Positions 33,702 to 42,584 of a DNA stretch of 64,000 nucleotides are shown here, piece after piece. Made by a program: the position numbers and the translations under genes. Origin of the DNA: a virus; IMG/VR virus record IMGVR_UViG_3300047472_000449. The stretch is one strand, 5' to 3'. Under the pieces are notes generated by a model. It was not told the DNA's origin. It saw only the letters and a list, made by a program, of their open reading frames with translations, and ran no database searches. The first letter of the stretch is position 1; each line of letters opens with the position of its first letter.

Positions 33702-33765
33702 ATTATGTCATTAATAAGCGAAAATGTCAATATCTTATTGACTGATCTCGTATCAAAGCGATAAT
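33702..33765. promoter_or_regulatory. back-to-back promoters sharing the palindrome GTCAA-N7-TTGAC
   Basis: Minus strand TTGACA-17-CATAAT (to 33669); plus strand TTGACT-16-GATAAT (to 33801). Confidence 0.65.
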
Positions 33766-33800
33766 AATGCAAATACCTGTATCCGGTTGAGGTCTTTCCA

Positions 33801-34544
33801 ATGAGCGCTATCGTCAATCTAGAGTTCGGAGCCAAATTCCCATTCGACGGTTCTGATGTTTTCTGGGATGGCCGCGCAGCAGCCTTGCCAGCTGTTGATT
33901 GGAAGCATGCCGTTGCCAGGGGCATTTTGGCGTCAGTCAGTACCCACCCTGGTATTAAACAGGCTTTGGTGCGTGATAAATGGCCTGAGGCTGAACGACT
34001 GGCACTGGTCGCCATACTTTCGATGGTCATCGATGCAAATTACGTAGGCAGTGAATCAGCAATGATGGCTGCCAGGGACATCGTGCGCCACCTGTGCTTG
34101 TTTGAAGCGATTGAGATGCAATTTTTCAGCATGGATCGGCAGCGCCTGGAGGCGATACATGGGGAAATTGCGCAAATTGTGCAGCAAGGCTTTGAGCGTT
34201 TCCAAGTCATTGTAGATGAGCCAGTGAGTGTGGATCGTTTCTACAGAAAACCAGATATGGCGTCAGAAGGCGCGGCTCTGGCTGCCTCTAGCTTCATTTT
34301 GAAGGCAAGGGCCGCTGGTGCTTGCAGGCCTAACTTGACATTGAGTAACGGCAGCGCTGTTTCTGTTGTCTGGAGAAGTGGCAGCAACTCTCTTAGCGTC
34401 AATATCTCGGGTACTGAACAATTTTCTGCTGTCGGTATTGCAGACGGCGAACACAAACTGGCGATAGAGGCGAGCGCCACAACGCTCCCTGAGGCGCTTG
34501 TGGAGTATTTGCTGAAGCATTTCGGCGAGCCCTCAAAACATTAA
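33801..34544 (+). CDS. family-X protein 1 (247 aa)
   Basis: N-terminal FPFDGSD.FW...DW.H..ARGI.A..GIKQA domain shared with 34583 and 35977. Confidence 0.75.
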   Translation: MSAIVNLEFGAKFPFDGSDVFWDGRAAALPAVDWKHAVARGILASVSTHPGIKQALVRDKWPEAERLALVAILSMVIDANYVGSESAMMAARDIVRHLCLFEAIEMQFFSMDRQRLEAIHGEIAQIVQQGFERFQVIVDEPVSVDRFYRKPDMASEGAALAASSFILKARAAGACRPNLTLSNGSAVSVVWRSGSNSLSVNISGTEQFSAVGIADGEHKLAIEASATTLPEALVEYLLKHFGEPSKH

Positions 34545-34582
34545 TGATTTTAAATTAACCAATATTAATCAAGGGTATTTAG

Positions 34583-35377
34583 ATGAGCGCGATTGAACGA
34601 GGGGAATGTTTTCCCTTTGATGGTTCTGATGAGTTTTGGAATTCGGATATAAACGTTCCTCCCGCTCCAGCACGGGACTGGATTCATGTTGCGGCCCGAG
34701 GGATCATTGCAGATGTAACGGATCGTCGCGGCATCAAGCAAGCCTTTCAGGTTTGTGATTGGCTGGAAGCTGATCGGGTCAAACTGGTGAACGACCTGTG
34801 CGAGATCATCATGGTTCATATGGCTGATCCAGATGGTGTTACCAAAGACATCATGCGTCGTCTGCGTGCCTGTGCTCGTGCCGAGAAGGAGTTTTCAGGC
34901 ATTGATGATGATGTGATGGAATCAATCCATGGGGACTTCTATGGGATCATCATGGAGGCATCAATAGACCCCAATACGAATAAGCTGGCGATTGAGATGA
35001 CGCCTGAGCACCTCCAGGCAGCCTTTGCTCTAGTGGTGCTTGGGCATATCAACGATACCCTGCCGAAGGAGGCTTGGGAGGGCTTCCGCTTCCATCAGTG
35101 CATGGTTAACGAACAAATGGTTCCTGGTGTAGAGGCTGATCCTGATTTGACTCCGGAGCAATTGATTAAAACCTCATTCTGCTCAATGGGGAACATGGTG
35201 GATAGGATTATCCGAACGTACCAGAAAAAGAACGTCGAGGTCATTGGCGAAGTCGCCGGACAGCCGGTCTACTTCATTGCCCGCGCCGGTTACTACATGT
35301 GGGCGCCTCAGCCAGAAGGCGGAGAGATGTTTGACATCAATCTGTGCTTTCCTGGCTATCCGTCCGGCTGGAGGTAA
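34583..35377 (+). CDS. family-X protein 2 (264 aa)
   Basis: Same N-terminal domain, unrelated C-terminus. Confidence 0.75.
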   Translation: MSAIERGECFPFDGSDEFWNSDINVPPAPARDWIHVAARGIIADVTDRRGIKQAFQVCDWLEADRVKLVNDLCEIIMVHMADPDGVTKDIMRRLRACARAEKEFSGIDDDVMESIHGDFYGIIMEASIDPNTNKLAIEMTPEHLQAAFALVVLGHINDTLPKEAWEGFRFHQCMVNEQMVPGVEADPDLTPEQLIKTSFCSMGNMVDRIIRTYQKKNVEVIGEVAGQPVYFIARAGYYMWAPQPEGGEMFDINLCFPGYPSGWR

Positions 35378-35382
35378 GCGCG

Positions 35383-35658
35383 ATGACTGACAAAATGACT
35401 GTACTCGCACTGGGTTTGCTCGCAGCCCTTGGCGCAGGGGCTGCAAGCGCTGAAGAGGTTGATCCAATGCAGCAGTTTCGCGAAGTCCCTGAGGGTTCAA
35501 CTAACGGTATTCGCAAAGTTTGCGTTGACGATCAGTGGTATCTGGTCACCTATCACTACAGTCTTCCCACAGGAATTACCCCAAAGCTCAAGGACGGTAA
35601 GCCAGAGCTGTGCGTAGAGTCTAAATCAACGCCAGCCACGCCAACATTGAAAAACTGA
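35383..35658 (+). CDS. small secreted protein (91 aa)
   Basis: Signal peptide ending ASA; two Cys. Confidence 0.7.
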   Translation: MTDKMTVLALGLLAALGAGAASAEEVDPMQQFREVPEGSTNGIRKVCVDDQWYLVTYHYSLPTGITPKLKDGKPELCVESKSTPATPTLKN

Positions 35659-35749
35659 CCGACTACACCCGCTGATGCATCGCGTCAGCGGGCGCCCGGC
35701 ATTTTTAGTGCTAATAAATTTATACTTTAATCAGGCGTTTTGAATATAC

Positions 35750-35980
35750 ATGATGAGTGCAGAACAGTTTGTAAAAAACCGCTTTCCAGATGCCCATGTG
35801 ACTTTGATCGCAGGCGGAAACTTCAGGCTTCAAGGCGTTCCTGGGCTTTTTGGTATTGCTGTTTCCGAAGCGCATGTTTGGCAAGGCGCAGCCCGTGAGT
35901 TGGGCGATCCTGTGCTTGAGGTGTACCGGGAAAGAGCCGCCGCGACAACGAATTTGACTCACAGGGATAACGACGAATGA
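35750..35980 (+). CDS. hypothetical protein (76 aa)
   Basis: ATGA overlap with next gene. Confidence 0.55.
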   Translation: MMSAEQFVKNRFPDAHVTLIAGGNFRLQGVPGLFGIAVSEAHVWQGAARELGDPVLEVYRERAAATTNLTHRDNDE

Positions 35981-36381
35981 CCTACTATGAAGAGCTGGCA
36001 ACAGCACGCCCATTTGATGATTCTGATGATGTTTTGAATGGGGCTGATGCCCCTACTCCACCGCGCAGTTGGCAGCATCTCGCCGCCCGTTCGGCCTTGG
36101 CTTATGTGGTGAACAGACATGATTTTCGTGACACGTTTGCACTCCATCTGTGGCCTGAGTCCCGACGTGTGCAATTGATCAATGACATTTGCAGCATCAT
36201 TGAGGTCGGTTTTAAGCCGGAAGACCCATTCATCTCTGATCAGATTTTTAAACATATCCGAGCCGATGAGTATCTGGATAACGAGTTCAGTTTCTGGCTC
36301 GATTGCGATGAATTTGATCAGATGGCTGAGGATGTGGACGCTGTTATTGCTGACATTTACGCCAATCGCAGTGCAGCCTAA
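35977..36381 (+). CDS. family-X protein 3 (134 aa)
   Basis: PFDDSD...SWQHLAARSALA N-terminal domain, acidic C-terminus. Confidence 0.7.
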   Translation: MTYYEELATARPFDDSDDVLNGADAPTPPRSWQHLAARSALAYVVNRHDFRDTFALHLWPESRRVQLINDICSIIEVGFKPEDPFISDQIFKHIRADEYLDNEFSFWLDCDEFDQMAEDVDAVIADIYANRSAA

Positions 36382-36428
36382 CGCCATGAAAAACGCCACC
36401 TCAACGGGTGGCGTGATTCACTGCGGGA

Positions 36429-36851
36429 TCAGTGCGCTGGGTAGGCTTCGTATTTGATTGTGACCCGGACCTTGTAATGCGTTGGCTGGCGCATGTTTGG
36501 GTCATTTTTCGCATGGGCGAGATCTGACGGCTCCAAGCTGTTCCAGGTCAGCAGATTCATGATCAAGCTGTCCGGCATGAACTTGGGACGGCTGTCATAA
36601 ATCGCATCCTGCTCATTGACCGAGTGGGTCGTCCACTCACCCTCACCCTTGCTGTATTCGATGACCAGCTGCACCTTGAAGCGCGTCGGACGGCCCAGGC
36701 TCATGTCGTTGTTGGCAAAGGTGAAGTCATACGCCGACGCACCCAGACTGTGATGGTTCAAAGTGCTGATGATCATGCCATCCGGCATGAAGTTCGGCTC
36801 TCCGTCAAAGATGACATTGCGGTCAATGACCGAGTGAACGCGCATGGTCAT
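36429..36851 (-). CDS. hypothetical protein with a duplicated ~65-aa domain (140 aa)
   Basis: HSV....I(F/Y)D..P.FMPD..I...L...SL....ND...PT.(F/Y)KV...I.Y occurs twice. Confidence 0.75.
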   Translation of the reverse strand: MTMRVHSVIDRNVIFDGEPNFMPDGMIISTLNHHSLGASAYDFTFANNDMSLGRPTRFKVQLVIEYSKGEGEWTTHSVNEQDAIYDSRPKFMPDSLIMNLLTWNSLEPSDLAHAKNDPNMRQPTHYKVRVTIKYEAYPAH

Positions 36852-37306
36852 ACCGAGGCCTCCGAGGCAACTTCCAGCTTGAAACGATTGGTTGGGTACT
36901 GTGCGACCGCTTGATTCAGCACTTTCACCGCTTCGGCAAACGAATAGTGCGCGATTTCAACCGGATCAGTGGTGATCGGCAAATCGTCATCTTCGTCCTC
37001 ATCGCTTTTCTCGGTCAGCCAGAGCTGCGTATGGCCTTCCACCCGAATGGTGTACTGCTTTTGCTTGGCCGATGCCTTGGCCGCTTTCCACTGCGTCATG
37101 AAATACTCGACGCTGGAGCGGTCAATCATGAAAAAGAATGCGGTGTCGCCTTCGCGCTCGCCCTCTTCTTCGTACTCGCAGGAGGCAAACTGCGTGCGCA
37201 ATTCGGCATCAGCGACACGAATCGCCGCGTCAACGCCTTCAATCGCCATCATGACGCGGCCATGGCCCAGCTTCGCTTCGCCTTTTTTGACTTCAAACGC
37301 TTTCAT
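36848..37306 (-). CDS. hypothetical protein (152 aa)
   Basis: Promoter 37342-37380. Confidence 0.75.
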   Translation of the reverse strand: MKAFEVKKGEAKLGHGRVMMAIEGVDAAIRVADAELRTQFASCEYEEEGEREGDTAFFFMIDRSSVEYFMTQWKAAKASAKQKQYTIRVEGHTQLWLTEKSDEDEDDDLPITTDPVEIAHYSFAEAVKVLNQAVAQYPTNRFKLEVASEASV

Positions 37307-37341
37307 GTTCAGGGCCTGTCGCAGTCATTTGGAGAGTGTTC

Positions 37342-37380
37342 ATTATGACGAACTTAAACACGAATGTCAATGCCATTTAC
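37342..37380 (-). promoter_or_regulatory. sigma70 promoter + variant operator
   Basis: TTGACA-17-CATAAT; GTCAATGCCATTTAC. Confidence 0.75.
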
Positions 37381-37488
37381 TCTAAAGGGAAGAAGAAACA
37401 AGTTGACCCCAACCATTGCTGGTCGGGGTCATCAGGGTACAGCTGGGGAGCGCGATTGTCGCAGGGACAAGGCTCTAGCGCAACACGC

Positions 37489-38388
37489 TTAGGCCGCTTT
37501 GATCAAGTTGAATTGCGGCGCGTGATGAGCGAACGCGTCAATCGGAATGATCACCGACTTTCCGCGTACCATCTTCGCGGCTGCCTTGCTGTCAGCGTTG
37601 GCAACGTAGTTGGTGGCGATCTCGATTTCGTCACCGTTCACGCCCACCACTTCAACCAGATGGAAGCAGGTGGTTTGGCTCAGATCGTGCCACAGCTGGC
37701 CCTCATTGATCGCCGGGAACGCCGTCTGCATGACATTTTCCAGGGTCTCGCCGGTCGGCACAAAGCGGCGTTGCAGTAGGCCTTGCTCCATCAGTTCGGT
37801 CAGGTTGTTGCTGACGAACTCGTAACCGCCCTTCACGCCGTTGAAGCGGCCTTCTTGAGCAAAGGTCGGCTTGGCTTGCGGCGTCGCCTGTGGACGGGCG
37901 CCAGCCACGTCGGTGAAGTAACGGGTGACGATGCGCACCTTGCCTTCGGCCTTGTCGCCGATCACCTGCACATAACGCATGTGCGAGCCTTTCAGTTCAC
38001 GCCAGATCTCACCGGTCAGCGGGCCTGCGTCAGGCACAGGGGTGATGGTCAGCGTACCCAGGTCGATCACCGGAGCCGTCGCGGCCATGGTCACTGGTGC
38101 GTACTTGGACAGGGTGCGGGCGAAGTGAATCAGGCCCAGCTTCTTGTCGTTGAAGGTCTTCAGGTTCGCTGCAACAAAGCTGTAGTTGCCCGCTTTGCCG
38201 TCGAAGCGACTGACGCTGGCGTAATCCAGTCGGCCATTGTCCAGATTCTTTGGCAGGGAGAGCCGGTCATTCGAGCGGCACACCGAGATAATTTCAACAC
38301 AACCAAAGGCGTCGGCTTCCTTGCTGACCATGAAGAAGCGAGCTTGCGGGGCGTTGTTTTTCCAGATCTGGTACTTATGTGGCTTCAC
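37489..38388 (-). CDS. protein with three tandem beta-rich (SH3/Tudor-like) repeats (~299 aa)
   Basis: (G)Q/EIW....V(E/Q)V(I/V)...RF.G..G.Y.FV occurs three times; GTG start after AAGGA; promoter 38455-38493. Confidence 0.7.
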   Translation of the reverse strand: MKPHKYQIWKNNAPQARFFMVSKEADAFGCVEIISVCRSNDRLSLPKNLDNGRLDYASVSRFDGKAGNYSFVAANLKTFNDKKLGLIHFARTLSKYAPVTMAATAPVIDLGTLTITPVPDAGPLTGEIWRELKGSHMRYVQVIGDKAEGKVRIVTRYFTDVAGARPQATPQAKPTFAQEGRFNGVKGGYEFVSNNLTELMEQGLLQRRFVPTGETLENVMQTAFPAINEGQLWHDLSQTTCFHLVEVVGVNGDEIEIATNYVANADSKAAAKMVRGKSVIIPIDAFAHHAPQFNLIKAA

Positions 38389-38454
38389 GACAACAATTCC
38401 TTCGTAAGAACAGGATAAAACGTGAGGGTTGGGGTGTTTCGTTTTGATGGCGCC

Positions 38455-38493
38455 AGTATAGCGCAGATGACACAATATGTCAATCACACTGAC
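38455..38493 (-). promoter_or_regulatory. sigma70 promoter + operator
   Basis: TTGACA-17-TATACT; GTCAATCACACTGAC 38479-38493. Confidence 0.85.
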
Positions 38494-38579
38494 AATTATA
38501 TTTTGTAATTTTGAACGTGACTTCCAGACAGCACAATGTCGGTTGTTACCGGCATTGATCTGATAGGCTATGGTCGAAC

Positions 38580-38999
38580 TTATACACGCCGAACGATGCT
38601 GTATCCACATTCCGCTGGCGAGGGACTCGCGTTGGAGGCGACCGCCACTTCATACAGAAAGTCTTCGAGGGAAGGCTGATCATAGGCATCAGTGATCTTG
38701 CCTCCGCCCCAGCAGTCCTCATAGGCCTCACGCGCTGCCTTTTTGAGCTTGCTCTGGCTGCGCACGATTGCGTTGAGGGTCAACAGGTATTCATCACCCT
38801 GGATCTGCGTCACCGTGGAGCCAGCGATCACTTCATAACCGCAGTCCGAGGCAAATTCGGAAGGATTGTTGGCGAGTTCATAGAGGCAGTCTTCAAGTGT
38901 CTCCACGTCGGCCATGTCTTTGCCATTACTGATCACTTCCTCGGCATCGAGGACAAGCAGCAAAACCTGAATCTTGACGGGGGTTGGAGTGGGATTCAT
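38580..38999 (-). CDS. hypothetical protein (139 aa), paralogue of 39017-39526
   Basis: Internal repeat LEDxLYE.A.N...xCGYE; shared LKKAA..A...CWGG. Confidence 0.75.
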   Translation of the reverse strand: MNPTPTPVKIQVLLLVLDAEEVISNGKDMADVETLEDCLYELANNPSEFASDCGYEVIAGSTVTQIQGDEYLLTLNAIVRSQSKLKKAAREAYEDCWGGGKITDAYDQPSLEDFLYEVAVASNASPSPAECGYSIVRRV

Positions 39000-39016
39000 G
39001 AATACCGCCTTTTGAT

Positions 39017-39526
39017 TTAATGGAAGGACTTGCGGCCTGAGCACCAGAGTGGGCTGACGATCTCAAAACCACAGTAATCTCGGTCAAGCGAGTTGTTTGA
39101 ATTGACGGCCACCTCGTACAGATAATCTTCGAGGGTGGGTTTGTGGTAGTTTTCTTTAAACGTATTACCGCCCCAGCACTGCAAGAAGGCTGCGTGCGCG
39201 GCCTTTTTAAGCGCGCCTGCGTGGTGGAGCTTGGTTGCGATGAACAGCAGGTACTGATCATCCATGATGAACTTGACACTTGAGTAAGCCGCTAGAAGCT
39301 CATAACCACATTTTTCTGGTTTTTTGATCGGGTTGTTGGTCATGGCATACAGGCACGCTTCCAGCGTTTGGGTGTCAATGCTCTCGCTGTTGACTTCTGG
39401 GAGCTTGATGCCATCGAGCAACAGGCGCCCGGCATCTGCATTTTCCCGGATGCCACTGATGACTTGCGCAGGATTGGTTACCTTGAGCAACACCTTGGCA
39501 ATAACGATGGCTGGCATGTCCTGCAT
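39017..39526 (-). CDS. hypothetical protein (169 aa), paralogue of 38580-38999
   Basis: As above; promoter 39556-39594. Confidence 0.75.
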   Translation of the reverse strand: MQDMPAIVIAKVLLKVTNPAQVISGIRENADAGRLLLDGIKLPEVNSESIDTQTLEACLYAMTNNPIKKPEKCGYELLAAYSSVKFIMDDQYLLFIATKLHHAGALKKAAHAAFLQCWGGNTFKENYHKPTLEDYLYEVAVNSNNSLDRDYCGFEIVSPLWCSGRKSFH

Positions 39527-39555
39527 GGTGACTATCCTTTCCTGGCTGAGCGTCC

Positions 39556-39594
39556 ATTTTAACGAGGTCGTAGCTTTTTGTCAATGCCATTGAC
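39556..39594 (-). promoter_or_regulatory. sigma70 promoter + operator
   Basis: TTGACA-17-TAAAAT; GTCAATGCCATTGAC 39580-39594. Confidence 0.85.
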
Positions 39595-39608
39595 TGCGAT
39601 TGCCTGCA

Positions 39609-40085
39609 TTACGCCCAGGAAATGACAGTCCCGTATTTCAACTCGATGGCGTCAGGGCCGTACTGGCTCTGCATGGTGCGCATGATTGCACTGACGGTTG
39701 GGTGCTGTCGGACAAATGGCTCAGCAGCGACCACTTCATGCGGTTTGACTTCGACCGCCTTGCCGTCTGAGCGACCATCAAGGTCGTGGCCGAAGTTATT
39801 GCCCTGCTCATCCTGGACATGAAAATTGAACAGCCAGATCTGTTGCAGGTAGTTGACCGCCTGAATGTCGTCCCCAAACGCGTCACCCAGCAATTCGTCA
39901 GGGCGTACGCTCTCACGGAATTTTTTCTGGCGATCTTCACGGACTTCGCCGCCGCAGGTTGGGCAAAATCGGCTATTCGACTTGTTTCCGCACTGGCAAC
40001 AAACGGTCGTGCTGACGGTGTACTCGACCCGTTGAGGTTTGACCTCAAAATAAAAGCCGATGTGAATGGATAGTTCAGAACTCAT
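39609..40085 (-). CDS. zinc-ribbon protein (158 aa), paralogue of 40256-40756
   Basis: CCQC...FCPTCG; C-terminal YGPDAI.L..G. Confidence 0.75.
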   Translation of the reverse strand: MSSELSIHIGFYFEVKPQRVEYTVSTTVCCQCGNKSNSRFCPTCGGEVREDRQKKFRESVRPDELLGDAFGDDIQAVNYLQQIWLFNFHVQDEQGNNFGHDLDGRSDGKAVEVKPHEVVAAEPFVRQHPTVSAIMRTMQSQYGPDAIELKYGTVISWA

Positions 40086-40255
40086 GAGATTCCCTTGATG
40101 GGCATGCGGACGCCCGCGATTTATATTTATCGCTTATTATCCCTGCCAGGGCATTCGCGTCAATGATTTTTGAAGAACTAGGCTAGCAGCAGAACCAGAG
40201 CGACCGTGGCCGTTGTCCACGAAGGTGCCCAGCGGGTGGCTTGGGTGTGCCTCGG

Positions 40256-40756
40256 TTATTTCCAGTAGCCGAAGGTGCCAAACACCAGCCCGATGGCGTC
40301 GGGGCCGTAGGTGCCGGTCATGTACTCCATAATGCGCTTTACCCTGGCATCGCGGAGAATTGGCTCTCTGACATTGATCATGGCCTGTAGATCAAACTCG
40401 ATGTCTCCAGCTTGTCCCTGGAGATGGCCGTCAATGCTGTGGTGACCGTCAGCGGTAGAAATTTCAAAGTCCAACCGCCAGATGTTCGTGTCATTGATCA
40501 GCCACACCAGATGGCTCAGCTCGGACGGCAGCAGGTGGTCGTGATGGCTCGACATGAAGTTTTGCTGCTTGGGCTTCACAGCCAAGGGGCTGCCGCAGTG
40601 TTTGCAGAACTTTGATAGCTCTGTGAAGGTTCTGTTGCACGAATCTGCGTTCGTGCAGGCGATGACTTCTACAGCGCGGGTGACTTGCTGAGGTTTGACC
40701 TTTAGGGCGTAACCGGCGTGAACAAAGTAGCTACCCATGCTGCTGACCTTAATCAT
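40256..40756 (-). CDS. zinc-ribbon protein (166 aa), paralogue of 39609-40085
   Basis: CTNADSC...FCKHCG; YGPDAIGL. Confidence 0.75.
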   Translation of the reverse strand: MIKVSSMGSYFVHAGYALKVKPQQVTRAVEVIACTNADSCNRTFTELSKFCKHCGSPLAVKPKQQNFMSSHHDHLLPSELSHLVWLINDTNIWRLDFEISTADGHHSIDGHLQGQAGDIEFDLQAMINVREPILRDARVKRIMEYMTGTYGPDAIGLVFGTFGYWK

Positions 40757-40767
40757 GTTAGACGGTT

Positions 40768-40795
40768 ATTATATCACCCCGACCAATAATGTCAA
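40768..40795 (-). promoter_or_regulatory. sigma70 promoter
   Basis: TTGACA-16-TATAAT. Confidence 0.65.
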
Positions 40796-40814
40796 TGATA
40801 TTTTCTGCGGAGAC

Positions 40815-40842
40815 AAAAAAGCCCTACCGAAGCAGGGCTTTT
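40815..40842. terminator. terminator downstream of ssb
   Basis: AAAAAAGCCCT...AGGGCTTTT. Confidence 0.75.
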
Positions 40843-40897
40843 CTTTGTGTTCCTTTCTTGCTATCGTTCATTTCTCAGATGAGAACGAGAACGATTC

Positions 40898-41404
40898 TCA
40901 AAAAGGAATGTCGTCGTCGAAGCTGTCAAAATCCGGTGCCGGTTGCGGTGCGGCTTGCTGCGGTGCCGACTGCTGTGGGCGAGACTGCTGTGGGCGCGGT
41001 GCCGACTGGCGCGGAGCTTGTTGCTGGTTGCCGCCTTGGCCCTGCTGGTCACCCTGTGGACGACCGCCCAGCAGTTGCATGGTGCCGTTCACGTCCACCA
41101 CGATTTCGGTGGTGTAGCGCTTGATGCCGTCCTTTTCCCACTCGCGGGTTTGCAGCTTGCCCTCGATGTAGACCTGAGAGCCTTTGCGCAGGTACTCGCC
41201 AGCGATCTCGGCAACCTTGCCGAACATCGAAACGCGGTGCCATTCAGTCTTTTCGACTTTCTGGCCGGTCTGCTTGTCGGTCCAGCTTTCGCTGGTCGCC
41301 AGACTCAGGTTGGTCACGGCATTGCCGTTGGGGAGGTAACGAACTTCCGGGTCTTGGCCGCAAGTACCTACCAGAATCACTTTGTTCACGCCACGTTGGC
41401 CCAT
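40898..41404 (-). CDS. ssb: single-stranded DNA-binding protein
   Basis: [18 protein letters not shown]...EWHRV..FGK.AE...[16 protein letters not shown]; C-terminal DDDIPF. Confidence 0.98.
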   Translation of the reverse strand: MGQRGVNKVILVGTCGQDPEVRYLPNGNAVTNLSLATSESWTDKQTGQKVEKTEWHRVSMFGKVAEIAGEYLRKGSQVYIEGKLQTREWEKDGIKRYTTEIVVDVNGTMQLLGGRPQGDQQGQGGNQQQAPRQSAPRPQQSRPQQSAPQQAAPQPAPDFDSFDDDIPF

Positions 41405-41459
41405 GATGTATGTCCTCTCAGTTCTGTGTGTTGGGTTGGTGTTCGCTTTTGATGTGCCC

Positions 41460-41488
41460 AGTATATCGATCTTGTCCTACTATGTCAA
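41460..41488 (-). promoter_or_regulatory. sigma70 promoter of ssb, weak second half-site
   Basis: TTGACA-17-TATACT. Confidence 0.75.
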
Positions 41489-41496
41489 CATCATTT

Positions 41497-42537
41497 TCAA
41501 TGTTTTTCAAAAAACTTTCCCTCTTCCATCATCAAGAAGCGTGGCGGTGATGGCGCTATCGGGCGCAATACCGTCATGCCGTTGTCGCCATTGTTGCTGT
41601 GGATGGCGTGATAACAGCCCCGAAAAACCATTTCTTTACCTTGGCTGTTCACCTTGTGGCTGAAGGTGCTCTCTTTCGGGGTGTTGAGCAGTCCTTCGTT
41701 AGGAATCTCGTACTCATGACTGCAATAGCGCAAGGTCGCCCTGTCGCTCGGGTGATAAACATAAATATCATCCGGCCTGAGCGAGACAATGCTGTGCGGG
41801 GTGAAGTGAGCCATGCTTGGGTGCAGGGGTGCGCACACGAGGCCGATGGCGCCTACCAGGGTGCGCGGATCGACCGGCCTGTCGTCAGGATAGCCTTTGT
41901 GCCGCAGTTTCTGCCAAGCGGCCAGTCTGTTGCTGATTCGGCTGAATTGCTCAGGCGCCATAAGCGCATAACGGCTCCAGTAATCGCGCTGGCTTTGATT
42001 GAATTGCTTGATTTGCTCTTTGGTAACAAAGGCAGACTCCCAGCCTTTGGCGCAAACGTAGAGAGCAAAATCAATGCTACATAATGCCTTGTGTTCCTTT
42101 TCTATCAGTCGATCCCAGCCCACGCACGCCAGCACGCACCAGCCGACGATGATTTTTGCCAGCTCCGGCTCACCATCGAACGCCTGCACGACATTGATAT
42201 ATTGATCTTTAGCGCTGACAAAGCCGTTCACCAATTCCAGATTGCCCGATGCGGTGACCTGAAGTACTTTGGTTTTGACGCCAAAACAAAAAGCCAGCAC
42301 CGCTGCTGTTTCACTTAGGTGTTGCAGCGCCAGGATTTTAAAGTCTTCGGCATGGCGGCAGTCTATCGACTTGTCGCCAAACTTCAGGCTGCCATTGACC
42401 AACGTGGATCGCTCAATCATTTCGCGATGGGTTGCCGGTTTGAGGGCCTTGGGTGGTTTGACCTTCTTTATTTTCTTGTTGGCTTTGTCACTTTTTTTGT
42501 CTTGCTTTTCTTTCTTCAATTGCTTGAATGTTTTCAT
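41497..42537 (-). CDS. hypothetical protein (346 aa), paralogue of 42585-43460
   Basis: Shared DFK..AL...GN(L/F)ELVNG..SA..QY..AF.G.P.LAKII.GWCV. Confidence 0.75.
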   Translation of the reverse strand: MKTFKQLKKEKQDKKSDKANKKIKKVKPPKALKPATHREMIERSTLVNGSLKFGDKSIDCRHAEDFKILALQHLSETAAVLAFCFGVKTKVLQVTASGNLELVNGFVSAKDQYINVVQAFDGEPELAKIIVGWCVLACVGWDRLIEKEHKALCSIDFALYVCAKGWESAFVTKEQIKQFNQSQRDYWSRYALMAPEQFSRISNRLAAWQKLRHKGYPDDRPVDPRTLVGAIGLVCAPLHPSMAHFTPHSIVSLRPDDIYVYHPSDRATLRYCSHEYEIPNEGLLNTPKESTFSHKVNSQGKEMVFRGCYHAIHSNNGDNGMTVLRPIAPSPPRFLMMEEGKFFEKH

Positions 42538-42584
42538 GGAGTGCTCTTATTATTGACTGCCAATGCTGCTAGTTGAAACTTTTA

